Source of the DNA: Burkholderiales bacterium
GTDB taxonomy: Bacteria; Pseudomonadota; Gammaproteobacteria; Burkholderiales; SG8-39
NCBI GenBank assembly: GCA_036379875.1
Contig: DASVFV010000098.1
Span: 19,828 to 83,827 of the forward strand
Direction of reading: 5' to 3'
DNA: 64,000 nucleotides
In this document: positions 36,531 through 45,297 of the stretch, in pieces
Position numbering within the stretch: the stretch's first letter is position 1
How the letters are laid out: each line of letters starts with the position of its first letter
Position numbers and translations under genes: made by a program
Notes under the pieces: generated by a model
The model's input: the letters and a program-made list of their open reading frames with translations, nothing else
Told to the model about the DNA's origin: nothing
Database searches by the model: none

Positions 36531-37243
36531 TGGACGCAAAACAGGAGCTCGCTCCGGGCGGCAAGCTGCGCGTGGGCCTCAACTACGGCAACTTCCTCCT
36601 CGTCTTGAAGGACAACCCCGACGGCTCGCCGCGCGGCATCGCGCCCGACCTCGGCCGCGAGCTCGGCAAGCGGCTCGGCGTGCCGGTCGAGTTCGTGAAA
36701 TTCGCGCAGGCCGGCCAGCTCGCCGACGGCGTGCGCGACGGCAAGTGCGAAGTCGGCTTCCTCGGCGCGGAGCCGCAGCGCGCCAACGAGATCGCCTTTA
36801 CCAAGGCCTACCTCGAGATCCCGGTCACCTTCCTCGTGCCGGCGGGGTCGAAGATCCGCAGCATCGCGGACGTGGACCGCGAAGGCGTGCGCATCTCGGT
36901 GTCGGCGCGCAGCGCCTACGATCTTTACCTCAGCCGCACGCTCAAGCACGCGAAGCTCCTGCGCGTCGAAGGAATCGACGCCTCCTACGAGCAATTCAAC
37001 AAAGACGGGCTCGAGGTGCTGGCCGGCCTGAAGCCGCGCCTGGTCTCGGACGCCGAGAAGCTGCCCGGCTCGCGCGTGCTCGACGGCCAGGTGACGGGCG
37101 TGCAGCAGGCAGTCGGTGTCCCGAAGAAACATGAGAGCGCGGCGAAGTTCACGCGCGAATTCGTCGAAGAGATCAAGCGCTCCGGGCTGGTGGCCAAGAC
37201 CATCGAGAAGCACGGCGTGAAAGGAGTGACGGTAGCCCCATGA
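36527..37243 (+). CDS. SBP_bac_3-like (type 2 periplasmic-binding fold) protein without a signal peptide
   Basis: Start at ATG 36527 (ATGA overlap). GKLRVGLNYGN…GIAPDLGRELGKRLGVPVEFV is typical of family 3 SBPs. The N-terminus MMDAKQELAPGG is hydrophilic. Confidence 0.75.
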   Translation: MMDAKQELAPGGKLRVGLNYGNFLLVLKDNPDGSPRGIAPDLGRELGKRLGVPVEFVKFAQAGQLADGVRDGKCEVGFLGAEPQRANEIAFTKAYLEIPVTFLVPAGSKIRSIADVDREGVRISVSARSAYDLYLSRTLKHAKLLRVEGIDASYEQFNKDGLEVLAGLKPRLVSDAEKLPGSRVLDGQVTGVQQAVGVPKKHESAAKFTREFVEEIKRSGLVAKTIEKHGVKGVTVAP

Positions 37244-38004
37244 ATGCACCCAATGAGCTGAAGGTTTACTGGCGCCCCGGCTGCTCGAGCTGCGTGAAGG
37301 TGAAGGAGTTCCTCCAGCAGCAGGGCGTGGAGTTCGAGTCGATCGACGTGTCGGCGCGGCCGGAGGCGATGAACGAGCTGCTCGAGCTCGGCGTGAAGAG
37401 CGTGCCGGTGGTGTCGCGCGGGCGCGAGTACGTGTTCGCGCAGGCGCTCGAGGACGTGTCGAAGTTCATCGGAAAATCGGTGGAGTTCAAGCGCCTGGCG
37501 CCGGAGGAGCTGATGCGCAAGTGGCTGCACGTGCTGCGCGCCGCGCAGCGCCATGCGCTGCAGATCCCGGCCGAGCGCCTGAACCAGCGCGCCACGCCGG
37601 GCCGCGACCGCAGCATCCGTACCCTCGCCTACCACATCTACCAGATCCCCGACGCCTTCCTGCAGGCGATCCAGAACGGCGTGCCGAACCTCGCGCAGGT
37701 GTACGACGTGCCGCCGCCCGCAGAGGTGAAGACCGGCAAGGACATTGCCGCCTTCGGCGCGCAGATGGAAAAGAAGCTGCAGGCCTGGTGGAGCGCGCTC
37801 CCGGACAAGTCGGGCCGCCAGAAGGTGCACACCTACTACGGCGACCGGCCGATGCACGAGCTGCTCGAGCGCTGCACCTGGCACTCGGCGCAGCACGCGC
37901 GCCAGATCATCTCCGTGCTCGAGGGCTTCGGGGTCAAAGTCGACGGCCCGCTCACCGCGGCGGACTATGCCGGGCTCCCGCTGCCGAAGGGAATGTGGGA
38001 GTAA
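37240..38004 (+). CDS. Glutaredoxin-like domain fused to a DinB-family domain
   Basis: N-terminus VYWRPGCSSCVKVKEFL (CxxC). The C-terminal part is a DinB-type helical bundle (…TWHSAQHARQI). ATGA overlap with the previous gene. Confidence 0.8.
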   Translation: MNAPNELKVYWRPGCSSCVKVKEFLQQQGVEFESIDVSARPEAMNELLELGVKSVPVVSRGREYVFAQALEDVSKFIGKSVEFKRLAPEELMRKWLHVLRAAQRHALQIPAERLNQRATPGRDRSIRTLAYHIYQIPDAFLQAIQNGVPNLAQVYDVPPPAEVKTGKDIAAFGAQMEKKLQAWWSALPDKSGRQKVHTYYGDRPMHELLERCTWHSAQHARQIISVLEGFGVKVDGPLTAADYAGLPLPKGMWE

Positions 38005-39038
38005 GCAAGGAGCAGGCAAAGCAGGCGCTCGACAAGCTGTTCGGCGACATGGCGGGCGCCATGGCCGCCGGCATGGCGTACATCGGCGTGCGCACCGGGC
38101 TTTTCAAGGTGATGGCGGGCAAGGGCGCGCTCTCTGCTTCCGACATCACGAGACTCTCTGGCTTAACACCACGGTATGTCGAAGAGTGGCTGAAGGGCAT
38201 GGTGGCTTCCGGCTACCTGCTCTACGACCCGGCGGCGCAGACCTACGCGCTTCCCGAAGAGCTCGCCTACTTCCTCGCGTCGGACGACACCGACCACTTC
38301 GTCGGCGGGCTGTTCGCCATGGTGCCGCCGCTCATGCGCGTCGCTCCCGGCGTCGCGCGCGCCTTCGCGGAGGGCGGCGGCGTGCGCTTCGAGGAGTTCG
38401 GGCCCGACTGCGTCCACGCCCTCGACCTCATCAACCACGGCCAGTACCAGGCGCGCCTCGCCGAATACTGGCTGAAGTCGCTTCCGGACGTCGCGGCGAA
38501 GCTCGCGGCGGGCGGGCGCGCGCTCGACGTGGGCTGCGGCTCGGGCGCGGTGAGCGCGGCGCTGGCCAAGGCCTTCCCGAAGGCCGAAGTGATCGGCATC
38601 GACCCGGACGCGCAATCGATCGAGCGGGCGCGCGAGGCCGCGCCGGGAGCGAAGTTCGTCACCGGAACGACCAGGGATCTCCCCCGGAACGAAAAATACG
38701 ACCTGATCACGCTCTGCGACGTGCTGCACGACCTCGCCGAGCCGCAGAACACGCTCGAGGAGATCCGCGCGCTGCTCAAGCCCGACGGCACGCTGTTCAT
38801 CGTCGAGCCGCGCGCCGCCGACCGGCTCGAGGACAACCGCAACGCGGTGTCGGCCACGTTCTACGGCTTCAGCCTGTTCCACTGCATGACCCAGTCGCTG
38901 GCGCGCGGCGGGCCGGGGCTCGGCACCTGCCTGGGGCCCGCCGCCACCGAGGCGCTGGTGCGCCGGGCGGGCTACACCCGCTTCCACCGCCTGGACATCC
39001 GCAGCCTCACCAATCTGTTCTATTCTGCGCAGGCATGA
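37995..39038 (+). CDS. SAM-dependent methyltransferase with an N-terminal winged-helix-like domain
   Basis: Motif I ALDVGCGSG and LKPDGTLFIVE. GTG 37995 chosen as start (10-nt overlap), so the start is uncertain. Confidence 0.75.
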   Translation: MGVSKEQAKQALDKLFGDMAGAMAAGMAYIGVRTGLFKVMAGKGALSASDITRLSGLTPRYVEEWLKGMVASGYLLYDPAAQTYALPEELAYFLASDDTDHFVGGLFAMVPPLMRVAPGVARAFAEGGGVRFEEFGPDCVHALDLINHGQYQARLAEYWLKSLPDVAAKLAAGGRALDVGCGSGAVSAALAKAFPKAEVIGIDPDAQSIERAREAAPGAKFVTGTTRDLPRNEKYDLITLCDVLHDLAEPQNTLEEIRALLKPDGTLFIVEPRAADRLEDNRNAVSATFYGFSLFHCMTQSLARGGPGLGTCLGPAATEALVRRAGYTRFHRLDIRSLTNLFYSAQA

Positions 39039-39391
39039 TCCTGCGGCTGTTGCTGGTCTGGCTGATCAATGCCGTGGCACTGATCGCGGTCGCCTACCTG
39101 ATGCCGAGCATCAGCGTGTCGAGCTTCGGCGCCGCGCTGGTCGCGGCGCTGGTGCTCGGCCTGATCAACGCGGTGGTGCGCCCGGTGCTCGTGCTGCTCA
39201 CCCTGCCGGTCACCATCCTCACGCTCGGCCTCTTCATCTTCGTGCTGAACGGCCTCTTGTTCTGGGCGGTCGGCGCCTGGCTGGAAGGCTTCAACGTGGG
39301 CGGCTTCTGGGCCGGCGTGCTTGGCGCGATCCTGTTCAGCATCGTCTCTTGGCTGCTTTCCGCGCTCGTCCAAAGCGCTCCGACCCGGTAA
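39035..39391 (+). CDS. DUF360 / phage-holin-4-like (YvlD-type) small membrane protein
   Basis: ATG 39035 (ATGA overlap). 118 aa with four hydrophobic helices and an N-terminus MILRLLLVWLINAVALI typical of the family. Confidence 0.75.
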   Translation: MILRLLLVWLINAVALIAVAYLMPSISVSSFGAALVAALVLGLINAVVRPVLVLLTLPVTILTLGLFIFVLNGLLFWAVGAWLEGFNVGGFWAGVLGAILFSIVSWLLSALVQSAPTR

Positions 39392-40386
39392 TCATCCTCC
39401 CGTATCTCGGATACGGGACCGCCAGGAACCTGACCGTCTGCGGCCGCGTGCTCGAGGACGCCGGCTTCCGCCCCGCGCGCGAGCGCGATAGCCGCTGGGG
39501 CAACCTGATCGAGTTCTGGAAGCGCCTCGAGTCCGACGAGCTGCCCGGCGCGCGGCTGCGCGCGCGCTTCCTCGGCCGCGAGGTCGAGGGCGTGACCGAC
39601 CGCGAGGGCTATTTCAGGCTCGAGATCAAGCCGCGCGGGCGCCTCGGACCCGGGCTGTGGCAGGAGGTCGGGCTCGAGCTGCAGGATTTCAATGCGAAGG
39701 CGACGGCCGGTGTGCTCGTACCGTCGCCGCGCGCGCGCTTTGGCCTGATCAGCGACATCGACGACACCATCGTGGCGAGCAATGTGACGCGCAAGGTGCG
39801 CATGCTGCTCACCGTCGCGCTGAACAGCGCGCGCACGCGCAAGCCGTTTCCCGGCGTGGCGGCGTTCTACCGCGCGCTGCACGCCGGCGTGAACCCGGTG
39901 TTCTACGTCTCGAAGAGCCCGTGGAACCTCTACGCGCCGCTCCTCGAGTACCTCGAGGTGCAGCGATTCCCGCACGGACCGCTGCTGCTGCGCGATTTCG
40001 GCTGGAGGCCGGAGAAGGAGCACAAGCGCAAGGCGATCGAGGAGATCCTCGCCACCTATCCCAGGCTGCCGTTCATCCTGAGCGGCGACAGCGGCGAGCA
40101 GGACCCCGAAGTCTACGCCGCGCTGGTCAGGCGCTTTCCGAAGCGCATCCGGGCGATCTATATCCGCTCCGTGGATCCGAAGCGCATCACGGCGATCGAA
40201 AAGCTGGCCGCGGAGGTCGCGAAAACCGGCTGCCAGCTAGTGCTCGCGCCGGACAGCGAGCCGGCCGCGGCGCACGCCGCGGCCGAGGGGCTGATTCAGG
40301 CTTCCGAGCTGCGCGCGGTGCGCGCCGACGCGGCCTCGGACAGGAGCTCCTCGAAGCCGGCGCTGTCGAGCGGCGCGCTGAAGTAG
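39349..40386 (+). CDS. App1-like phosphatidate phosphatase family protein (DUF2183)
   Basis: PYLGYGT…GRVLE N-terminus and the DxDxT motif ISDIDDTIV. The TTG start overlaps the DUF360 gene by 43 nt. Confidence 0.7.
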   Translation: MAAFRARPKRSDPVIILPYLGYGTARNLTVCGRVLEDAGFRPARERDSRWGNLIEFWKRLESDELPGARLRARFLGREVEGVTDREGYFRLEIKPRGRLGPGLWQEVGLELQDFNAKATAGVLVPSPRARFGLISDIDDTIVASNVTRKVRMLLTVALNSARTRKPFPGVAAFYRALHAGVNPVFYVSKSPWNLYAPLLEYLEVQRFPHGPLLLRDFGWRPEKEHKRKAIEEILATYPRLPFILSGDSGEQDPEVYAALVRRFPKRIRAIYIRSVDPKRITAIEKLAAEVAKTGCQLVLAPDSEPAAAHAAAEGLIQASELRAVRADAASDRSSSKPALSSGALK

Positions 40387-42899
40387 TGGCCCTGCCATTC
40401 CTCGCAGCCTAGTCCCAGCAGGCGCTCGAGCTGCGGCGCGGTCTCCACGCCCTCCGCCGCGACCGAGATGCCGAGCGTGGCGGCAAGCGCGGTGATGGCG
40501 CGCACGATCGCCGCGTCGGCGGCCTGCGAGTCGATGGCCTGCAGGAACGAGCGGTCGATCTTCAGCTTGTCGATCGGCAGGCTGCGCAGGTAGGCGAGGC
40601 TCGAGTAGCCGGTGCCGAAGTCGTCGATCGCGAAGCGCACGCCGAGCTTGCCGATCGCCTCCAGCGTGGCGACGTTCTCCTGCAGGCCCGACATCAGCAC
40701 GCGCTCGGTGACCTCGAGCTCGACGCTCCTGCCGTCCAGGCCGTTCGCGACCAGCGCGTGCTCGAGGCGCTGCAGGTAGTCCTGCCCCTGCGCGAGGCCG
40801 GGCGCCGAGACGTTCACCGCGTACCAATAGCGCCGGCCGTAGCGGCGCTGCCAGGCGCCGGCCTGCGAGAGCGCGCGCTCGAGCGTCCAGTCGTCGATGG
40901 CGCGGATCAGGCCGCACTCCTCGGCGAGCGGCACGAAGTGCTCGGGCCCGAGCAGGCCGCGCTCCGGGTGCTGCCAGCGCACCAGCGCCTCGGCGCCCAC
41001 CACGCGCCCGCGCCAGTGCAGCGGGCTCGCCGCGCGGTCGGGCGGCCAGCCGCGCACCACCGGCTGCCAGTACAGCACCAGCTCGCCGCGCGTGAGCGCC
41101 GAGCGCAGCTCGTTCTCCAGGCGCAGGCGCTCGGCGGCGCGCGCATTCAGCGCCGGCGCGAAGAAGCGCCAGGTGCCCTTGCCGCTTTCCTTCGCGTGGT
41201 AGAGCGCCGCGTCGGCGTTCTTCAGCAGCTCGATGAAGTCGCGCCCGTCGTTCGGGTAGATGCTGATGCCGATCGACGCCGCCACGTTGAGCGTCTTGCC
41301 CTGCACGGTGAAGGGCCGCGCCAGCACGCCGAGCAGGCGTTGCGCGAGCGCTGCGGCATCTTCAACGGTCTTGACTGCTTGCAGAAGCACGAAATCGTCG
41401 CCGCCCAGGCGCGCCAGCGTGTCCTCGCCGTGCACCAGGTTGCCGAGCCGCTCGGCGACCGAGCGCAGCAACGCGTCGCCGGCGCGGTGCCCGAGCGAGT
41501 CGTTGACCAGCTTGAAGCGGTCGAGGTCGATGCACAGCAGCGCGAACTGCGAGCGGCTGCGCGCCGCGGTGAGGATCGCCTGGCTCGCGCGGTCGGCGAG
41601 CAGCGTGGAGTTGGGCAGGCCGGTCAGCGCGTCGCGCGTGGTGAGCTGCTCGATGCGCGCCTCGGCGTGCTTGCGCGCCGTGATGTCGGCGCCGGTGCCG
41701 CGCCAGCCGATCACCTGGCCGGAGGGGTCCTTCACCGGCACGCCGCTGACCGCGAGCCAGATCACCCCGCCCGACTTCGTGATCATGCGGTGCAGCAGGT
41801 CGCGGAACGGCTGGCCCTCGCGCCCGGCGAACCACTCGTCGACCGCCTTCGGCTCGCCGAGCGGCATGAAGTCTTTCGGCTTGCGGCCGAGCAGCTCGGC
41901 GCGCGAGTAGCCGAGCACCGCCTCGACGCGTTCCGAGAGATACGTGTAGCGCCATTGCGCGTCGGTCTCCCACACGTATTCGCCCGCCGCGTCCACCACG
42001 TCGCGGAAGCGCTGCTCGCGCTCGGCGACCGCGGCCTCGGCGCGCTTGCGCTCGTCGATGTCGGCCACCGTGCCGGACACGTGCTTGGCGCGCCCCTGCG
42101 CGGTGTGCTCCGTGACGCGCCCGCGCGCGTACAGCCACTTCCACTCGCCGCGCGAGGTGCGGATGCGGAACTCGGTCTCGAACACCGGCGCCTCGCCCTT
42201 CAGCGCGCGCACCAGCGCCTCGGTGTAGGGCACCCGGTCGTCGGGGTGCATCATCGCGATCAGCTCGGCGCCGAGGGTCACGCCGCTCGGCGAGCGCTTG
42301 TGGCCGAGGAAGCGCACCCAGCCGTCGCCCGCCGAGAGCTCGTTGCGCTCGGTGTCGAAGTGGAACTCGGCCAGGTTGCCGCCGTCGAGCGCGAGCTCGA
42401 GCCGTTCCTTGGCCAGCCACAGCGCGCGTTCCGCGGCGCGCTGCTCGGTGACGTCGCGGCCCACGCCGCGGTAGCCGAGGAACTCGCCGTCGGCGTCGAA
42501 GCGCGACTGCCCGGAGATGATGTGTACCTGGCGCGCGCCGCGCTCGTCCACGCGCGAGATCTCCATGTCGAAGAAGGTCTGGCCTTCCTTGAGGCGCTCG
42601 AGGTGGGCCTGCAGCGCGGCCGGCTCGACCTCCACGCCGGGGATTTCCCAGATGCGCTTGCCGTAGGTCGGCATCTGGCCGAAGAAGGTGGCGACCGGCG
42701 CGCCGCCCGACAGCCAGACCAGGCGGTGCTCGACGTCGGTTTCCCAGAACCAGTCGGCGGTGAGCTCGGTCAGGCCGCGGAAGCGCGCCGACTCGCCGCG
42801 CGCGCGGTCGAGGTCGGCGTCGCGCTTGCGCGAGAACACGTGCATCGCCACGTACACCGCGACCCCGGTGGCCGCGACGAGCAGGACGATGTCGAGCAC
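40296..42899 (-). CDS. Membrane-anchored multi-PAS/PAC GGDEF-EAL signalling protein (GGDEF motif reads GGDDF; EAL motifs intact)
   Basis: GTG start with an N-terminal TM helix. Several PAS/PAC repeats are present. Motifs: RLGGDDFVLL, EALVRW, DDFGTGYSSL. Confidence 0.9.
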   Translation of the reverse strand: MLDIVLLVAATGVAVYVAMHVFSRKRDADLDRARGESARFRGLTELTADWFWETDVEHRLVWLSGGAPVATFFGQMPTYGKRIWEIPGVEVEPAALQAHLERLKEGQTFFDMEISRVDERGARQVHIISGQSRFDADGEFLGYRGVGRDVTEQRAAERALWLAKERLELALDGGNLAEFHFDTERNELSAGDGWVRFLGHKRSPSGVTLGAELIAMMHPDDRVPYTEALVRALKGEAPVFETEFRIRTSRGEWKWLYARGRVTEHTAQGRAKHVSGTVADIDERKRAEAAVAEREQRFRDVVDAAGEYVWETDAQWRYTYLSERVEAVLGYSRAELLGRKPKDFMPLGEPKAVDEWFAGREGQPFRDLLHRMITKSGGVIWLAVSGVPVKDPSGQVIGWRGTGADITARKHAEARIEQLTTRDALTGLPNSTLLADRASQAILTAARSRSQFALLCIDLDRFKLVNDSLGHRAGDALLRSVAERLGNLVHGEDTLARLGGDDFVLLQAVKTVEDAAALAQRLLGVLARPFTVQGKTLNVAASIGISIYPNDGRDFIELLKNADAALYHAKESGKGTWRFFAPALNARAAERLRLENELRSALTRGELVLYWQPVVRGWPPDRAASPLHWRGRVVGAEALVRWQHPERGLLGPEHFVPLAEECGLIRAIDDWTLERALSQAGAWQRRYGRRYWYAVNVSAPGLAQGQDYLQRLEHALVANGLDGRSVELEVTERVLMSGLQENVATLEAIGKLGVRFAIDDFGTGYSSLAYLRSLPIDKLKIDRSFLQAIDSQAADAAIVRAITALAATLGISVAAEGVETAPQLERLLGLGCEEWQGHYFSAPLDSAGFEELLSEAASARTARSSEA

Positions 42900-42908
42900 G
42901 CCGGGCGC

Positions 42909-44699
42909 CTAGCGGACGGCCGCGTCGCGCACCGGCGGCGCGACCTTGAGCACTTCGTCCATCGTGGTGATGCCCGCGCCGACCTTCATCGCGCCGGAGA
43001 TGCGCAGCGGCTTCATGCCGTCCTTGAAGGCCTGCTCGCGCAGCGCGGTGAGATCGGCGTTCTGGCTGACCAGGCTTTTCAGGGACGAATTGAAAACCAG
43101 CGTTTCGTAGATGCCCATGCGCCCCATGTAGCCGGTCATGCGGCACTCCAGGCAGCCGACCGGCTTGTAGAGGCGCGCCGGGTGCTTGGACTTCCACGGC
43201 GCGACCAGCGCGTCCCACGCTTCCTGGTCCTCGGCGCGGTTGAGCTCCACGGTCTGCTTGCAGTGCGTGCAAAGCGTGCGCACCAGGCGCTGCGCCATGA
43301 TGCCGTTCAGCGTCGCGTTCAGCAGGTACGGCGGAACGCCGAGCTCGATCAGCCGCGCGATCGCGCTCGGCGCGTCGTTGGTGTGCAGGGTGGAAAGCAC
43401 GAGGTGGCCGGTGAGCGCGGCCTGCACCGCCATCTCGGCGGTCTCCAGGTCGCGGATCTCGCCCACCATGATGATGTCCGGGTCCTGGCGCATCAGCGCG
43501 CGCACGCCCTCGGCGAAGCCGAGCTCGATCGCCTGCACCACCTGCATCTGGTTGAACGCGGGCTCGATCATCTCGATCGGGTCCTCGATGGTGCACACGT
43601 TCACTTCGATGGTGGCGAGCGACTTGAGCGTCGAGTACAGCGTGGTGGTCTTGCCCGAGCCGGTCGGCCCGGTAACCAGCACGATGCCGTTCGGCCGCTC
43701 GGTCATCTCCTTCCAGCGCCTCTGGTCGTCCTCCGAGAAGCCGAGCTCGCTGAAGTCGCGCACCAGCACCTCGGGGTCGAAGATGCGCATCACCAGCTTC
43801 TCGCCGAACGCGGTCGGCAGCGTGGAGATGCGCAGCTCGATGTCCTGGTCGTTGGAGCGCGTCTTGATGCGCCCGTCCTGCGGCCGGCGCTTTTCCACCA
43901 CGTCCATGCGCGCGAGGATCTTGATGCGGCTCGTCATCGCGGCGAGCACGCCGGCGGGGATCTGGTACACCTGGTGCAGCACGCCGTCGATGCGGAAGCG
44001 CACGATGCCGTGCTCGCGGCGCGGCTCGACGTGGATGTCGCTCGCGCGCTGCTCGAAGGCGTACTGCCACAGCCAGTCGACCACGCGCACCACGTGCGCG
44101 TCGTTCGCGTCGAGCTGCTTGTCGGACTTGCCGAGCTCGACGAGCTGCTCGAAATTCGCCAGCCCCGACTGGCCGCTGGTTCTCTGGCCGGCACCCTTGA
44201 TCGACTTCGCCAGGTTGTAGAACTCGACCTGGTAGCGCTCGATGTCGAGCGGGTTGGCGATCACGCGCCGGATCTCGCGCTTGATCATGCGCCCGAGCTC
44301 AGGCTCCCAGTCGCGCACGCCCGGCTCGGCGGTGGCGATCAGCGCTTCCTTGGTATTGATCGCCACCGGCAGGATGCGAAAGCGCGTCGCGTACGCCGAC
44401 GACATCACTTCGGTGACCGCGGAGAAATCGATCTTGAGCGGATCGATGTGCAGGTATTCCATGCCGAAGCGCCTGGCGAGCCACTCGGTCAGCGTTTCCA
44501 GGGTGAGAGCGGTGTTGCCTTTCTTCCACTTCTGGTCCGCCACGATGACCAGCGGATGTATCGTGCCGCGGTAGTAGCGGCGCTCCTTCCTGAGCTGCTC
44601 GGCCGCCGCCGGATCGGCCATCTTGTCCTCGATCATCCAGTCGAGGATCTGGGCGAGGCTCAGCCGGCTTCCGGTTTCCGTCTTAACTGCTTGTTGCAT
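42909..44699 (-). CDS. GspE/PulE/PilB family secretion ATPase (orphan)
   Basis: Start corrected to MQQAVKTETG (ATG at 44699). It has a T2SSE_N-like region, Walker A GPTGSGKTT, Asp/His boxes, and a tetracysteine (CTHCK…GCLECRMTGY). Confidence 0.85.
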   Translation of the reverse strand: MQQAVKTETGSRLSLAQILDWMIEDKMADPAAAEQLRKERRYYRGTIHPLVIVADQKWKKGNTALTLETLTEWLARRFGMEYLHIDPLKIDFSAVTEVMSSAYATRFRILPVAINTKEALIATAEPGVRDWEPELGRMIKREIRRVIANPLDIERYQVEFYNLAKSIKGAGQRTSGQSGLANFEQLVELGKSDKQLDANDAHVVRVVDWLWQYAFEQRASDIHVEPRREHGIVRFRIDGVLHQVYQIPAGVLAAMTSRIKILARMDVVEKRRPQDGRIKTRSNDQDIELRISTLPTAFGEKLVMRIFDPEVLVRDFSELGFSEDDQRRWKEMTERPNGIVLVTGPTGSGKTTTLYSTLKSLATIEVNVCTIEDPIEMIEPAFNQMQVVQAIELGFAEGVRALMRQDPDIIMVGEIRDLETAEMAVQAALTGHLVLSTLHTNDAPSAIARLIELGVPPYLLNATLNGIMAQRLVRTLCTHCKQTVELNRAEDQEAWDALVAPWKSKHPARLYKPVGCLECRMTGYMGRMGIYETLVFNSSLKSLVSQNADLTALREQAFKDGMKPLRISGAMKVGAGITTMDEVLKVAPPVRDAAVR

Positions 44700-44754
44700 A
44701 GGCAAAAGACTATACCGGAACCGCCGGGGCACGTTTGTTGCGGCGTCCGGCGGG

Positions 44755-45189
44755 ATGCAGGACAAGCTGATCGATCGGCAAAACCGTGTGTACGCCGTGA
44801 TCTTCGACACGGGCGAAGACCCGGTCGCCGGCCTCACGCGCTTCGCGGAGAAGGAAAAGCTCGACGCCGCGAGCTTCACCGCGATCGGCGCGTTCAGCGA
44901 GGCCACGCTCGGCTACTTCGACTGGCAGACCAAGGACTACGAGCACATCCCGGTGCGCGAGCAGACCGAGGTGCTCTCGCTCATCGGCGACATCGCGCTC
45001 GAGGAACGCGGCGGGCGCAAGGTGCACGCGCACGTGGTGCTCGGCAAGCGCGACGGCGCGGCGCTCGGCGGCCACCTCCTCGCGGCCAAGGTGCGGCCGA
45101 CGCTCGAGGTCGTGCTGGACGCTTCGCCCGGGTGCCTCAAGCGGCGCCACGACCCGGCAAGCGGACTTTCGCTGATCAAGCTGGACTAG
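44755..45189 (+). CDS. PPC (DUF296) domain protein
   Basis: Start corrected to MQDKLIDRQ (ATG at 44755). Typical blocks are FTAIGAFSEATLGYFD…VHAHVVLG. Confidence 0.75.
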   Translation: MQDKLIDRQNRVYAVIFDTGEDPVAGLTRFAEKEKLDAASFTAIGAFSEATLGYFDWQTKDYEHIPVREQTEVLSLIGDIALEERGGRKVHAHVVLGKRDGAALGGHLLAAKVRPTLEVVLDASPGCLKRRHDPASGLSLIKLD

Positions 45190-45190
45190 T

Positions 45191-45266
45191 GTCATCCCCG
45201 CGCAGGCGGGGATCCCATTCAGAAAATTCGAAAACCAAACGGGGTCCCCGCCTGCGCGGGGACGAC
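45191..45266. repeat. Composite palindromic REP/MITE-like element, copy 3
   Basis: GTCATCCCCGCGCAGGCGGGGATCCC, an AT-rich spacer, then GGGGTCCCCGCCTGCGCGGGGACGAC, 2 nt after the PPC gene stop. Confidence 0.75.
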
Positions 45267-45297
45267 AGCATTCCGCGCTTCCATTAACCTTGCGCGC

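Noticed and set aside
40296-40386. A 91-nt convergent overlap of the App1-like and GGDEF-EAL genes. Similar 3' overlaps occur at 14806-14876, 46549-46569 and 49957-49982.
   Set aside because: These are probably just late stop codons in GC-rich sequence. There is no independent sign of antisense regulation, so I did not raise them as findings.
44520-44699. MshEN-type c-di-GMP binding motif in the N-terminus of the GspE-like ATPase.
   Set aside because: SRLSLAQILDWMIEDKMADPAAAEQL only loosely resembles RLGxx(L/V/I)(L/V/I)xxG(L/V/I)(L/V/I)xxxxLxxxLxxQ, and the Gly positions are not kept. It needs a profile search, so I make no claim.
40758-45287. A 1509-aa plus-strand ORF spanning 4.5 kb. Similar very long ORFs occur at 4439-6640 (-), 16820-19429 (-), 41362-44070 (-) and 46475-49444 (-).
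   Set aside because: Each lies antisense or out of frame to genes with clear domain content. Their products are Arg/Ala/Gly/His-rich with no motifs. These are the familiar shadow ORFs of GC-rich DNA, not genes.
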